Shown here: positions 7,401 through 14,906 of the stretch, piece by piece
How the letters are laid out: each line of letters starts with the position of its first letter
Position numbering within the stretch: the stretch's first letter is position 1
Assembly: GCA_027485005.1 (NCBI GenBank)
Contig: JAIXRX010000179.1
Span: 1 to 32,400 of the forward strand
Origin: Alphaproteobacteria bacterium
Lineage (GTDB): Bacteria; Pseudomonadota; Alphaproteobacteria; Rickettsiales; JAIXRX01
DNA: 32,400 bases
Reading direction: 5' to 3'
Notes under the pieces: generated by a model
What the model was told of the DNA's origin: nothing
Seen by the model: only the letters and a program-made list of their open reading frames with translations
Database searches by the model: none
Made by a program: the position numbers and the translations under genes

Positions 7401-9530
7401 CAACCTTAACCACGATGCTCCACGCGGCACATTAAGATTCACTGGTATCACTTTCGGGTCTGCACCTGCTGCGGCAAGGCGCTCAGTGATAGGTTCTACA
7501 TCAACCGCCATCATGGTTCGGATGAGTTCTTTCAGTATCTTTGCGTCATCCGCTAACAGATGGGTTGATGCGCGCTTTAATAAATCGGTGCCAACTTCCG
7601 AATGCACTAACGCGAGTAGCGCCGCGCGCCGCCATGTACCATGCGCCCCGTCACGACTGAGTGAGGTAAGAAGCGTATGCCAGCTAATACTGTCGGTGGC
7701 ACGTTCAATCATCATGCGTGCGGCGAGCTCTACCCCTCTGGCTAACGACGAAGAGGCGGGCCGGTCGAACGGTAGACGCTCAACCAGTGTCGCATCGGTA
7801 AAGAGCAAGTTAGCTATAGCCCACTCCCGCAGCACATCATGACGGAAGATCATACGGTCATTACCAAGGTCGCGCAGTGTTCCGCTTGCAACCAATGCCT
7901 CAATCGGAGTGGCAGGGTGAGTGCTCACATCCACCGGACCGGCGAGGCTTAATGCTCGTTCCGCCATCGCCCTTATCACGCGCGCGCGCTCCCGACGTCC
8001 GGTATCCTTTCCATCAGCGGATTTCCACCACTGCTCAGCCATATCGATTTCAGTGCGGGGGATTGGATCATCAGACGCCTGTTCGGCGAGGCGTGCAAGA
8101 CGGAACAGGTTGCGGACGACGTCACGAGCTGGGTGATTATTAGCTAGGAGCGCCTTGAGCCTTGGTGCAGAATCTCGAAGTTCGTTAATCTCGCTATCGC
8201 TTAATTCGCCTATAACAACTGGCGTTGCGCGGCCTAGCTGATTCAGAACGTCAATAGGCAGCCAGTTTGGCTCGTCTACACCGAAACTTTGACGGGCCGT
8301 AGCAATAATTAAGAAATGGGGCACCTTCGCTGCTTCGCGCACCAGGTCAATTACCGTGAGGCGTTCCTCGACTCCGAAAGAATCAAGATTGTCTATAAAG
8401 AGAATTGCGCCACCATCGGTTGCTAAATCCGATAGTAATGCATGTGCTGAGCCATCAAAACCAAGCGCAGACTTAAGTGCTAGCCATCCTTTCGGTATTG
8501 TGCGGCTAGGACTGAGTACAATCACTTGTCCTTCTGTAGCTACCTGTTCTGCAAAGTGACGCAGCACTCCCGACTTACCGACACCAGCGTTTCCACGGAT
8601 TTCTACATATCGGCCTTCATCACATGCGGTGTGGATGGCAGCAATATGTTCATGCCGGGTTAGCATTACATTGCCCACGCGCGTTTCCATATCGGTCAGC
8701 GCCTTGTCAGTTGCTTCCGCTAATGCAGCGCGGACAGAAAAGAAACGCCGTTCACCGATAAACCGGAATGATTCAGGGCGTAAGTCTTCAAGTAAGCGTT
8801 CGCGCGTGCGATCTCCGCCGCTTGCTGCAATCGTGAAGGCGAGTGTGTTGAGGCTTGACCATAGATTCCCTGCACGGTTTGCATCATCCGAATGTAGGAT
8901 GTGGATTGCGCGCTCCTTCGCAAGCTCTTCGGATGCAGAACCTTGTGCTGTAAAATCGAAAACTAGAATCTGAAATCTGCGCAGCAGTGCCCATACTGTC
9001 TCATCATCGTATGGCGCTCCAGCACTTTGGAGGTGCGCGCGGAACGTACTGATAAAAGCACGCATGTTGTCGTTACCGGAACCGGCACGCAGTATCCGAG
9101 CATGGAATGTCGTAGCATCACCTATTTCGCGCGCCCAGGTCAAAACATCCTGATAAGGTCCGTCGATTTGGCGGGAGCGTTTGGCAGTAGCAACAGCCAG
9201 TTCGTATTTACTGTTCCAAAAATCTGGCCTCCGCGAAGCAGCGGCGATTTGTCCCACGACGTCTTTAAATACATCATCAGAAGGAGCAAAGGTTAGCTCG
9301 CGTTTAACCTGTATTTCCAAAACCGCAGTTTTGCCCTGCGCATTCTGTGCGTGGACGATAACATCATCAAGATGCCGCTCTTCACCGGCACGCTGAAATT
9401 CAACGCGCGCGACTGTCCAGCCGGGTAATCCTCTCGGCTCGCTGCCTGCCAATAGCGAAAGTAAATAATACGCGCCGACCTGGCTCTCAAAAAGACTACC
9501 GGCCGGCCCGCTTGAGGCTGGACTTGCCAT
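4395..9530 (-). CDS. 1711-aa multidomain protein with an N-terminal Cap4/Mrr-like (DUF4297-type) PD-(D/E)xK nuclease, a P-loop (STAND/AAA-like) NTPase and a ~1300-aa helical C-terminal region; Avs/NLR-like antiviral ATPase candidate
   Basis: The N-terminus GSLFESQVGAYYLLSLL...VEFQ...HLDDVIVH...LEIQVKR gives a D..(E)QxK nuclease motif (DNA ~9303-9401). Walker A is GNAGVGKS (8571-8594) and Walker B is ILFIDNLD (8382-8405). The rest is a very long alpha-helical C-terminus with no motif I recognise. Confidence 0.8.
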   Translation of the reverse strand: MASPASSGPAGSLFESQVGAYYLLSLLAGSEPRGLPGWTVARVEFQRAGEERHLDDVIVHAQNAQGKTAVLEIQVKRELTFAPSDDVFKDVVGQIAAASRRPDFWNSKYELAVATAKRSRQIDGPYQDVLTWAREIGDATTFHARILRAGSGNDNMRAFISTFRAHLQSAGAPYDDETVWALLRRFQILVFDFTAQGSASEELAKERAIHILHSDDANRAGNLWSSLNTLAFTIAASGGDRTRERLLEDLRPESFRFIGERRFFSVRAALAEATDKALTDMETRVGNVMLTRHEHIAAIHTACDEGRYVEIRGNAGVGKSGVLRHFAEQVATEGQVIVLSPSRTIPKGWLALKSALGFDGSAHALLSDLATDGGAILFIDNLDSFGVEERLTVIDLVREAAKVPHFLIIATARQSFGVDEPNWLPIDVLNQLGRATPVVIGELSDSEINELRDSAPRLKALLANNHPARDVVRNLFRLARLAEQASDDPIPRTEIDMAEQWWKSADGKDTGRRERARVIRAMAERALSLAGPVDVSTHPATPIEALVASGTLRDLGNDRMIFRHDVLREWAIANLLFTDATLVERLPFDRPASSSLARGVELAARMMIERATDSISWHTLLTSLSRDGAHGTWRRAALLALVHSEVGTDLLKRASTHLLADDAKILKELIRTMMAVDVEPITERLAAAGADPKVIPVNLNVPRGASWLRLLTWLLILDKDLPAVAIPDAVNVYTKWSMGTIGLDPLTPRLLHWLYLWLNEIEESREGEWRTRYEVFGGVLDREQLASLESALRTGFLLFCNQTPELAAQYLQSLMQRNHNDEVVRSVLKFRGALASAVPKELAEFTAAALIQEEKLEPEYERRYRHERAFGFIDHEFLPPSPNQGPFLELLTAAPEHGLPLIRRLVDYDVSFRSRGQPHGNNNITIYFPDGERVFPWEQTYMWSREKGTSEDCVKSALMALEAWAHRRIEAGEPFDKVLNDVLGSSSVPACFLLVAVDLLISHWPKSREAAVPFLSCPELLCIDRERKVHDHYEYPDIFGIKGLQKEPGGASSVASLQERASRRYNLEELIGQYAVHGPDELRATLTTNLRREAERLGPPDTQSDLSDPAFTVLHALNLADPANWPKATVTLKDGSTTTVRQYVPPESEAKHLEPIQEAHKERVTDANMQMTLSIILNHPERASPEFAEAAVTWAQNAKTQDGDEDEQKMRDEAICIAALVAVRDGSAELRTQHAAWIRETFALAMQSEDDSVHWVRSGLRYNPIAIAFVGMVLLLKDAVSSDDILVILEVAARDNPAAAHGFAAVADTIAALDERLPRAILRCAFATRIKPNRGLWDERKKNAAARARKHQRQVKAAVDAEIAWLNGTHPEPEWPQFPVEPARPKRRLRVPGGKKQPEECKVEGTFPDQYVESQGAALWLKSVVKLSNVVQRPWLRDIAQTYSAWTMAANGAGLALDDDVSDPPTEWNNTYFDLLAHCLPGLDLAGIDELALTPIASLPDESFFDAIATFLPSIDHVYFNDRGLEEAQAIHIRAAFTRRMMTSRGWYWLARDRAYTIEFHIAPALGAIFFNEYMLSNAKCYLLSKGVDRLHPFLPTLQELVTGGPCLFLAIVTLNLIEVSPRAAHLPFVIAAGNAWLTGYSSDNTFWIEHSIGRRLCAWFRTVLEIDGAVLSTDQSLRTSLEYLLAGLVRCGVPEAHRLEEDLKRGPKNG

Positions 9531-9626
9531 TATAATTTATCCCTCCCCAAGGCATGCTAAATAATTCATTGCTGTGTTATAATCCTACCCATTTTAACGG
9601 CATCATTTGTTTATTGTGTTCTTATG

Positions 9627-10589
9627 TTATGCATTATTGCTCTGTTTAAGAGCGGTTACGACTTGGAAAATAAATTCCGTAATTATCAGAGCGTTTAGAC
9701 TGCTGCACAAATTATCATAAACCACATGCCCGTGAATGGCCGCATGACGGTTAGGAATAGGCTTCATCGAAAAAGCCATCTTGTGGTCAACTGTATTACA
9801 GTAGTCATAGATATGATCTAAGGACGAAAATAGAACAAACCCCCAATATCCTAGGTCTTGGAAATCATGCGTAGAAAGTGTGCCGGCTCTCTCTCGTAGA
9901 GTTTTTTGACTGGTAACCGTCTCCATTTCTCCTGTGTGAAGTTCGACTCGTGTTACCCGCTCTATTTCTGGGAATAAGGATCTGGCTACTAGGCTATATA
10001 ATCCATTTTCATGGGCTTGAAGCGCCTGCTTAAATACATTTTTGGCCGTATTATCGATATTTAGCCCATCAATAGTATCAAGAAATTGCTCTTTTACCTC
10101 GTCCCAATTCTCTCGATAATAATTTTCCAGAATTACGCCATCATGCTCAGCTTCATTCTCATCAAGTAGTGCAAAAGGTGTCGAAGTATGTGGCAGCCAT
10201 CCCGCCGCCTCCAACCTTTCTTGATGGTTATGCATCCTCGCCAGTTTGGCCATAAATGGCTGAAATCCTGACGCAACGCGTTGCATGGATTCATTAAGCT
10301 GACGATATGGTTCATTAATGGCATCAAACATGGATGCCATACGCTTGGTGAATTCTGTTGTTTGGCGATGTAGCTCCATCATCGCAGAAGACGGCTGGAG
10401 CGCGCGTAATAATGCCTGATCTGGCAAGCCCAAAGCCGCAGATTCGAATGCATTTTTAGGCACTACATTCGCTATTCTCTGCATCAAGCCATTCGTGGGC
10501 ATTGTTAGTGATTCAAGAATCTTTGAAGTTGAATCGCTAATACGGGGCAGCCCTCTTACAGCAGCAGAAATTTTATCGATATCGCTCAT
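9627..10589 (-). CDS. Hypothetical protein with a possible C-terminal HEPN-like domain (Rx4H motif)
   Basis: There is a good SD (AAGGGGGG) 4 nt upstream of the ATG. The C-terminal half has ALQAHENGLYSLVARSLFPEIERV followed by IPNRHAAIHG (R281-x4-H286, DNA 9732-9749), the arrangement typical of HEPN/Abi-type RNase domains. The gene is AT-rich relative to its neighbours. Confidence 0.6.
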   Translation of the reverse strand: MSDIDKISAAVRGLPRISDSTSKILESLTMPTNGLMQRIANVVPKNAFESAALGLPDQALLRALQPSSAMMELHRQTTEFTKRMASMFDAINEPYRQLNESMQRVASGFQPFMAKLARMHNHQERLEAAGWLPHTSTPFALLDENEAEHDGVILENYYRENWDEVKEQFLDTIDGLNIDNTAKNVFKQALQAHENGLYSLVARSLFPEIERVTRVELHTGEMETVTSQKTLRERAGTLSTHDFQDLGYWGFVLFSSLDHIYDYCNTVDHKMAFSMKPIPNRHAAIHGHVVYDNLCSSLNALIITEFIFQVVTALKQSNNA

Positions 10590-10683
10590 AGTGCCCCCCT
10601 TGCTTCACTTCACCTATAAACGAATTTTCCCACATTATCCATACGGTCACATATAAGGTAGAGCGTTGATATTTTTTATGACT

Positions 10684-11277
10684 TCAACGTTCATACTCGT
10701 ACCAGCCCGACTGACCATTCTTCCTAAATTTTATTAGCTTCTTCTGTACCAAAATTCGAATATCGCGCTTAGCCGTGCGCTCAGCGACGCGCCAGCTGAT
10801 GGCCAGATCGGTGCTGGTGAGTCGCCTGCCTTTGCGTATTTCTTCCAGGAACCATACCTGACGTCGATTGAGCGTTGGGGATAATAATCCTACTTCGGGA
10901 TTCCGAGGGGTGACAGATTTGTCACCCCTCGACTGGTAGTAACTGCTGCTTTCCTGGAGGCGTATTTGCATCCGTTGTGGGATATTTTCACGCAAGGCTG
11001 CGTGCCATAATTCTGGCCAGCCGATAATCTCGCAGATGGCTCGTAAGACTGCAGGGTAATGTGCTGCTAACGCGAGCAAATGCGCCGACTTTGGCGGATT
11101 CTGACGGCGATGCCATTTGGAAATAGTATTACTGTTGATGCCAGTGATCTGGCCAATGTTTTTGATGGTCGATGCGACATCCAAATGGTTCTCCCGCAGC
11201 GCCTGGCTCACCCGCTTGGCAACCTGCTGATCATCGATTTTATGAGGTAATATATGGTGGATTTTAGTGAAGGACAT
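10684..11277 (-). CDS. Dual-HTH transcriptional regulator (N-terminal XRE-like HTH, C-terminal DeoR/winged-HTH-like)
   Basis: Starting at MSFTKIHH (ATG at 11275-11277): IGQITGINSNTISKWHRR is HTH-like, and the C-terminal LTSTDLAISWRVAERTAKRDIRILVQKKLIKF is typical of a wHTH. The longer 246-aa ORF in the track would overlap the divergent recombinase gene. Confidence 0.7.
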   Translation of the reverse strand: MSFTKIHHILPHKIDDQQVAKRVSQALRENHLDVASTIKNIGQITGINSNTISKWHRRQNPPKSAHLLALAAHYPAVLRAICEIIGWPELWHAALRENIPQRMQIRLQESSSYYQSRGDKSVTPRNPEVGLLSPTLNRRQVWFLEEIRKGRRLTSTDLAISWRVAERTAKRDIRILVQKKLIKFRKNGQSGWYEYER

Positions 11278-11357
11278 AAATGCTCGCTCCTTGTTAAGTT
11301 GAATGGACAAGGAGCATTTCCGCGATTCAGCGGAGTAACGGAAGTATACACGGAACC

Positions 11358-12929
11358 ATGATATACCACGGCAATACGACATCAGAGTTGGGCGATACCA
11401 ATACACCAAAGCGCTATGCGGCAATGTATGTCCGCATGTCGACGGATCACCAGAAATACTCCACTGAGAACCAGGCAGATGCTATCCGCGAATACGCTGC
11501 CCGGTACCATATCGATATCATCGAAACCTATGCCGATGCCGGTAAAAGCGGCCTGAAGCTGGATGGGCGCGATGCGCTCAAACGCCTGATTGATGACGTG
11601 CAGTCGGGCAACGTGCGCTTCAATATGATCCTGGTGCTCGACGTCACCCGCTGGGGACGGTTCCAGGATGCGGATGAAAGCGCCTATTACGAGTATATTT
11701 GCCGCCGTGCCGGTATAGACGTGCAGTATGTTGCCGAACAGTTCGAGAATGACGGCAGCCCTGTTTCCACCATCGTTAAAGGCGTGAAACGCGCTATGGC
11801 TGGGGAATATAGCCGTGAGCTATCTACGAAGGTTTTTGCCGGGCAATGCCGCCTCATTGAACTTGGGTACCGTCAAGGTGGGCATGCGGGCTATGGCCTA
11901 CGCCGGGTACTCATCGATGAACAGGGCAATATCAAAGGCGAACTGAAGCGCGGAGAGCATAAAAGCCTACAGACAGACCGAGTGATCCTTGTGCCGGGCC
12001 CCGTAGAAGAAGTGGACACCGTGCGCTGGATCTATCGTGCCTTTACCGAGGAATCATTGCAGGAGAGCCAAATTGCCGCACTTTTGAACCAACGCGGGAT
12101 TCTGACGGATCTTGGCAGAAACTGGACCCGTGGCGTCGTCCACCAAATCCTCACCAATGAGAAATACATTGGTAACAACGTGTTTAACCGGGTTTCGTTC
12201 AAGCTGAAGAAGCGTCGCGTCAGCAACACACCCGATATGTGGGTCCGTGCAGACGGGGTTTTTGAGGCGGTAGTCGAGCCGAGTTATTACTATACCGCGC
12301 AGGGAATCATCCGCGAGCGTAACCGCAAGTTCAGCGACCATGAAATGCTGGATAAGTTGCGCCAGCTGCACGAACGCCAGGGTTGGCTCTCCGGCATACT
12401 GATTGATGAAGCCGACAGCATGCCCTCAAGCAGTGCCTACGCGCACCGTTTTGGCAGTCTCATCCGGGCGTATGAGTTAATCGGCTACACGCCCGACCGT
12501 GACTACCGCTATATCGAGATAAATCGCCATCTGCGCCAGATGTATGCTGGGGTCGTCGAGGATACGATCCGTAAAATCAAGGATCTTGGGGGTCATGTCC
12601 GCCGCGAGGTGACGTCCGATCTGCTCTTCGTCAACGACGAGCTCAAAGTATCCATTATCATCTGCCGCTGCCAGCAGACCAAAGTCGGCCAATATCGCTG
12701 GAAGATTCAGCTCGATAGCGGCCTGGAGCCCGACATCACCATTGCTATTCGTATGGACACAGAGAACAAGCGGCCGCTGGATTATTACCTGCTGCCCTCC
12801 CTTGATATGGAGAACCCCAATATCAGGCTGCAGGAAGAGAACGGCCTGGCACTCGATGCCTACCGATTTGATGATCTGGAGCTGTTTTTCCTGATGGCGG
12901 AACGTATTCCGCTGCGTGAGGCCATATGA
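11358..12929 (+). CDS. Large serine recombinase (resolvase/invertase N-terminal catalytic domain plus recombinase domain)
   Basis: AAMYVRMSTDHQ carries the catalytic Ser. The blocks SGLKLDGRDALKRLIDDVQSG...LVLDVTRWGR and the recombinase-domain region GYRQGGHAGYGLRR also fit. An alternative start is at 11424. Confidence 0.9.
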   Translation: MIYHGNTTSELGDTNTPKRYAAMYVRMSTDHQKYSTENQADAIREYAARYHIDIIETYADAGKSGLKLDGRDALKRLIDDVQSGNVRFNMILVLDVTRWGRFQDADESAYYEYICRRAGIDVQYVAEQFENDGSPVSTIVKGVKRAMAGEYSRELSTKVFAGQCRLIELGYRQGGHAGYGLRRVLIDEQGNIKGELKRGEHKSLQTDRVILVPGPVEEVDTVRWIYRAFTEESLQESQIAALLNQRGILTDLGRNWTRGVVHQILTNEKYIGNNVFNRVSFKLKKRRVSNTPDMWVRADGVFEAVVEPSYYYTAQGIIRERNRKFSDHEMLDKLRQLHERQGWLSGILIDEADSMPSSSAYAHRFGSLIRAYELIGYTPDRDYRYIEINRHLRQMYAGVVEDTIRKIKDLGGHVRREVTSDLLFVNDELKVSIIICRCQQTKVGQYRWKIQLDSGLEPDITIAIRMDTENKRPLDYYLLPSLDMENPNIRLQEENGLALDAYRFDDLELFFLMAERIPLREAI

Positions 12930-13819
12930 GGCAGGACCGCACTACGCGCATGGAACAGGTGCGCATTGAGGACATTAATATCCTGAATCCCCGCGTGCGT
13001 AATCCGAAGAAATTCATGGATATGACGGGCAATATCGCCAATGTCGGCCTTAAGCGCCCCATCACCATTACCCCAAGCAAAGCAAAAGCCGCCCACGGCA
13101 AGCCCTACGAGCTCGTATGCGGCCAGGGCCGTATTGAGGCGTTCCTTGCCTGCGGCCAGAAGACCATCCCGGCCATCATTATCAATGCCACCGAAGAACA
13201 GGCCTTGATCATGAGCTTGGTTGAGAACCTGGCGCGCCGGCAGCATCGTTCGCTCGAGTTATTGCATGGGATCGAGGTGCTACGCCGCCAGGGATATGAT
13301 GCCAAAACCATTGCCCAGAAAACCGGCCTTTCCCTCGAATATAGTAACAGCGTCATCACCCTCCTGGAAAAGGGTGAGGAGCGTCTGCTTACCGCCGTTG
13401 AGGCAGGACAAATTCCTGTGAGCGTGGCGGTAAAGATTGCGGAGGCCGGCGATAATGAGCAATTGGCGCTGCAGGAGGCCTATGAGAGCAAGGAGCTCAG
13501 GGGTCGTAAGTTAATGATCGCCAAGCGTTTACTCGAAACCCGCAAGCGTCATGGCAAGGCCATGAAATACGGTGGGCGCAGCGGCCGCAGCGGCAAGTCG
13601 AATCTCTCTGGCAGCGATATCATGAAGATCTATCAGAAAGAGGTCGACCGCAAGCGGCTGCTCACCCGCAAGGCAGATATCACCAGTGGCCGGCTGCTAT
13701 TCATCACGGAGGCGCTGCGCCAATTGCTGAAGGAGGATCATTTTGTGACACTCCTGAAGGCAGAGAAGCTATCGACCATGCCCAAGCAGCTTTCCCATGT
13801 ACTGGACAGCAGCACATGA
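12926..13819 (+). CDS. ParB/Srx N-terminal domain protein (ParB-like nuclease/partition family)
   Basis: INILNPRVRNPKK...GLKRPITI...YELVCGQGRIEAFLACG...SLVENLARRQH is a ParB N-terminal box arrangement, followed by an HTH (IAQKTGLSLEYSNSVITLL). An ATGA overlap links it to the recombinase stop. Confidence 0.85.
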   Translation: MRQDRTTRMEQVRIEDINILNPRVRNPKKFMDMTGNIANVGLKRPITITPSKAKAAHGKPYELVCGQGRIEAFLACGQKTIPAIIINATEEQALIMSLVENLARRQHRSLELLHGIEVLRRQGYDAKTIAQKTGLSLEYSNSVITLLEKGEERLLTAVEAGQIPVSVAVKIAEAGDNEQLALQEAYESKELRGRKLMIAKRLLETRKRHGKAMKYGGRSGRSGKSNLSGSDIMKIYQKEVDRKRLLTRKADITSGRLLFITEALRQLLKEDHFVTLLKAEKLSTMPKQLSHVLDSST

Positions 13820-14727
13820 GCCAGAAACGCCGCTTCCCCAAAAGTGATATCAAAATCGGGTTCAGCCAAGAAACACTGACGCTCGATATGGCGCAGATCA
13901 TCCCCCTCAAACTCTTAACCAGCCATACCAAAGCAACCGATAAGTACAGGCAGATCCTAGCTTCCATTAAGGAAGTTGGCGTCATCGAACCCCCGGTCGT
14001 GACGCACTCCACGCAAGGACGTAACCGGTACATGCTGCTCGACGGTCATATGCGGCTAGAAGCGCTGCGTGAGCTGGGCGAGACGGAAGTGATCTGTATC
14101 GTGGCGGAGGATGACGAATCCTTCACCTACAACAAGCATGTGAACCGTCTATCGGCCATCCAGGAGCATAAGATGATCCTGCTCGCGGTCGAGCGCGGCG
14201 TGCCCGAGGAAAAGATCGCCAAAGCCCTTAATCTCGACGTCAGCAGCATCGTCCGCCGGCGCAACCTGCTCGAGGGCATCGCCCCCGAGGTAGCCGAGCT
14301 CCTCAAGGACAAGCTGGCATCCGTCGGTATCTTTCCGGTGCTGCGTAAAATGAAGCCCGTGCGGCAGGTGGAGGCCGCCATGCTCATGTGCGACGCCGGT
14401 AACTACTCGCTTTCTTATGCCAGGGCATTGCTCGCCGCCACGCCCAAAGAGCAGCTCATCAACCCAGAAAACCCAAAATCCGTGAAAGGTCTGACCGACG
14501 AGCAAATGTCCCGCATGGAAACCGAAATGGCCAGCCTGCAGCGTGAGTATCGCCTCATTGAAGAAAACTATGGCACGGATGTCCTGAACCTAACCCTCGC
14601 CAAAGGCTACATCACCTCGCTGCTCAGCAACGCGCGGATCGTGCGTTATCTTGCGCAGAACCATTCCCAGATGCTGGGGGAGTTTCAGAAGGTCGCGGAA
14701 ATGAAGGCGCTGGTGACGGAGCGGTAG
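13816..14727 (+). CDS. ParB-like / RepB C-terminal-domain-type protein (second paralogous ParB-fold gene)
   Basis: IKEVGVIEPPVV...YMLLDGHMRLEALRELG is a DGHxR ParB/Srx motif. It is followed by IAKALNLDVSSIVRRRNLLEGIAPEV (HTH) and a RepB-C-like tail. An ATGA overlap links it to the upstream gene. Confidence 0.85.
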   Translation: MSQKRRFPKSDIKIGFSQETLTLDMAQIIPLKLLTSHTKATDKYRQILASIKEVGVIEPPVVTHSTQGRNRYMLLDGHMRLEALRELGETEVICIVAEDDESFTYNKHVNRLSAIQEHKMILLAVERGVPEEKIAKALNLDVSSIVRRRNLLEGIAPEVAELLKDKLASVGIFPVLRKMKPVRQVEAAMLMCDAGNYSLSYARALLAATPKEQLINPENPKSVKGLTDEQMSRMETEMASLQREYRLIEENYGTDVLNLTLAKGYITSLLSNARIVRYLAQNHSQMLGEFQKVAEMKALVTER

Positions 14728-14906
14728 GCGGCTGGGGTGGCATGCATTCGCATGCAGGGGACCGGGACCCTAACAAGCGCCGGGACCACTGGAGAAGCTG
14801 CACGAGATGCAGATCAATCGTGGGGTGGGGATGCCGGCGAACCCGTGCGGGGCCCACTAGCAATCGTGAATCGGCAATAGTTTCATTTTAAGATATCTCA
14901 CCCTCA

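Noticed and set aside
10684-11424. The 246-aa version of the regulator ORF.
   Set aside because: The N-terminal 48 aa (MPHSALVYWYRPTLMSYCRG...) look non-coding and would overlap the divergent recombinase gene. The ATG at 11277 (MSFTKIHH) gives a compact HTH protein.
14740-14755. GCATGC-ATTC-GCATGC hairpin after the ParB operon as an intrinsic terminator.
   Set aside because: It has only a 6-bp stem and no downstream T-run. It may be incidental (two SphI-type palindromes).
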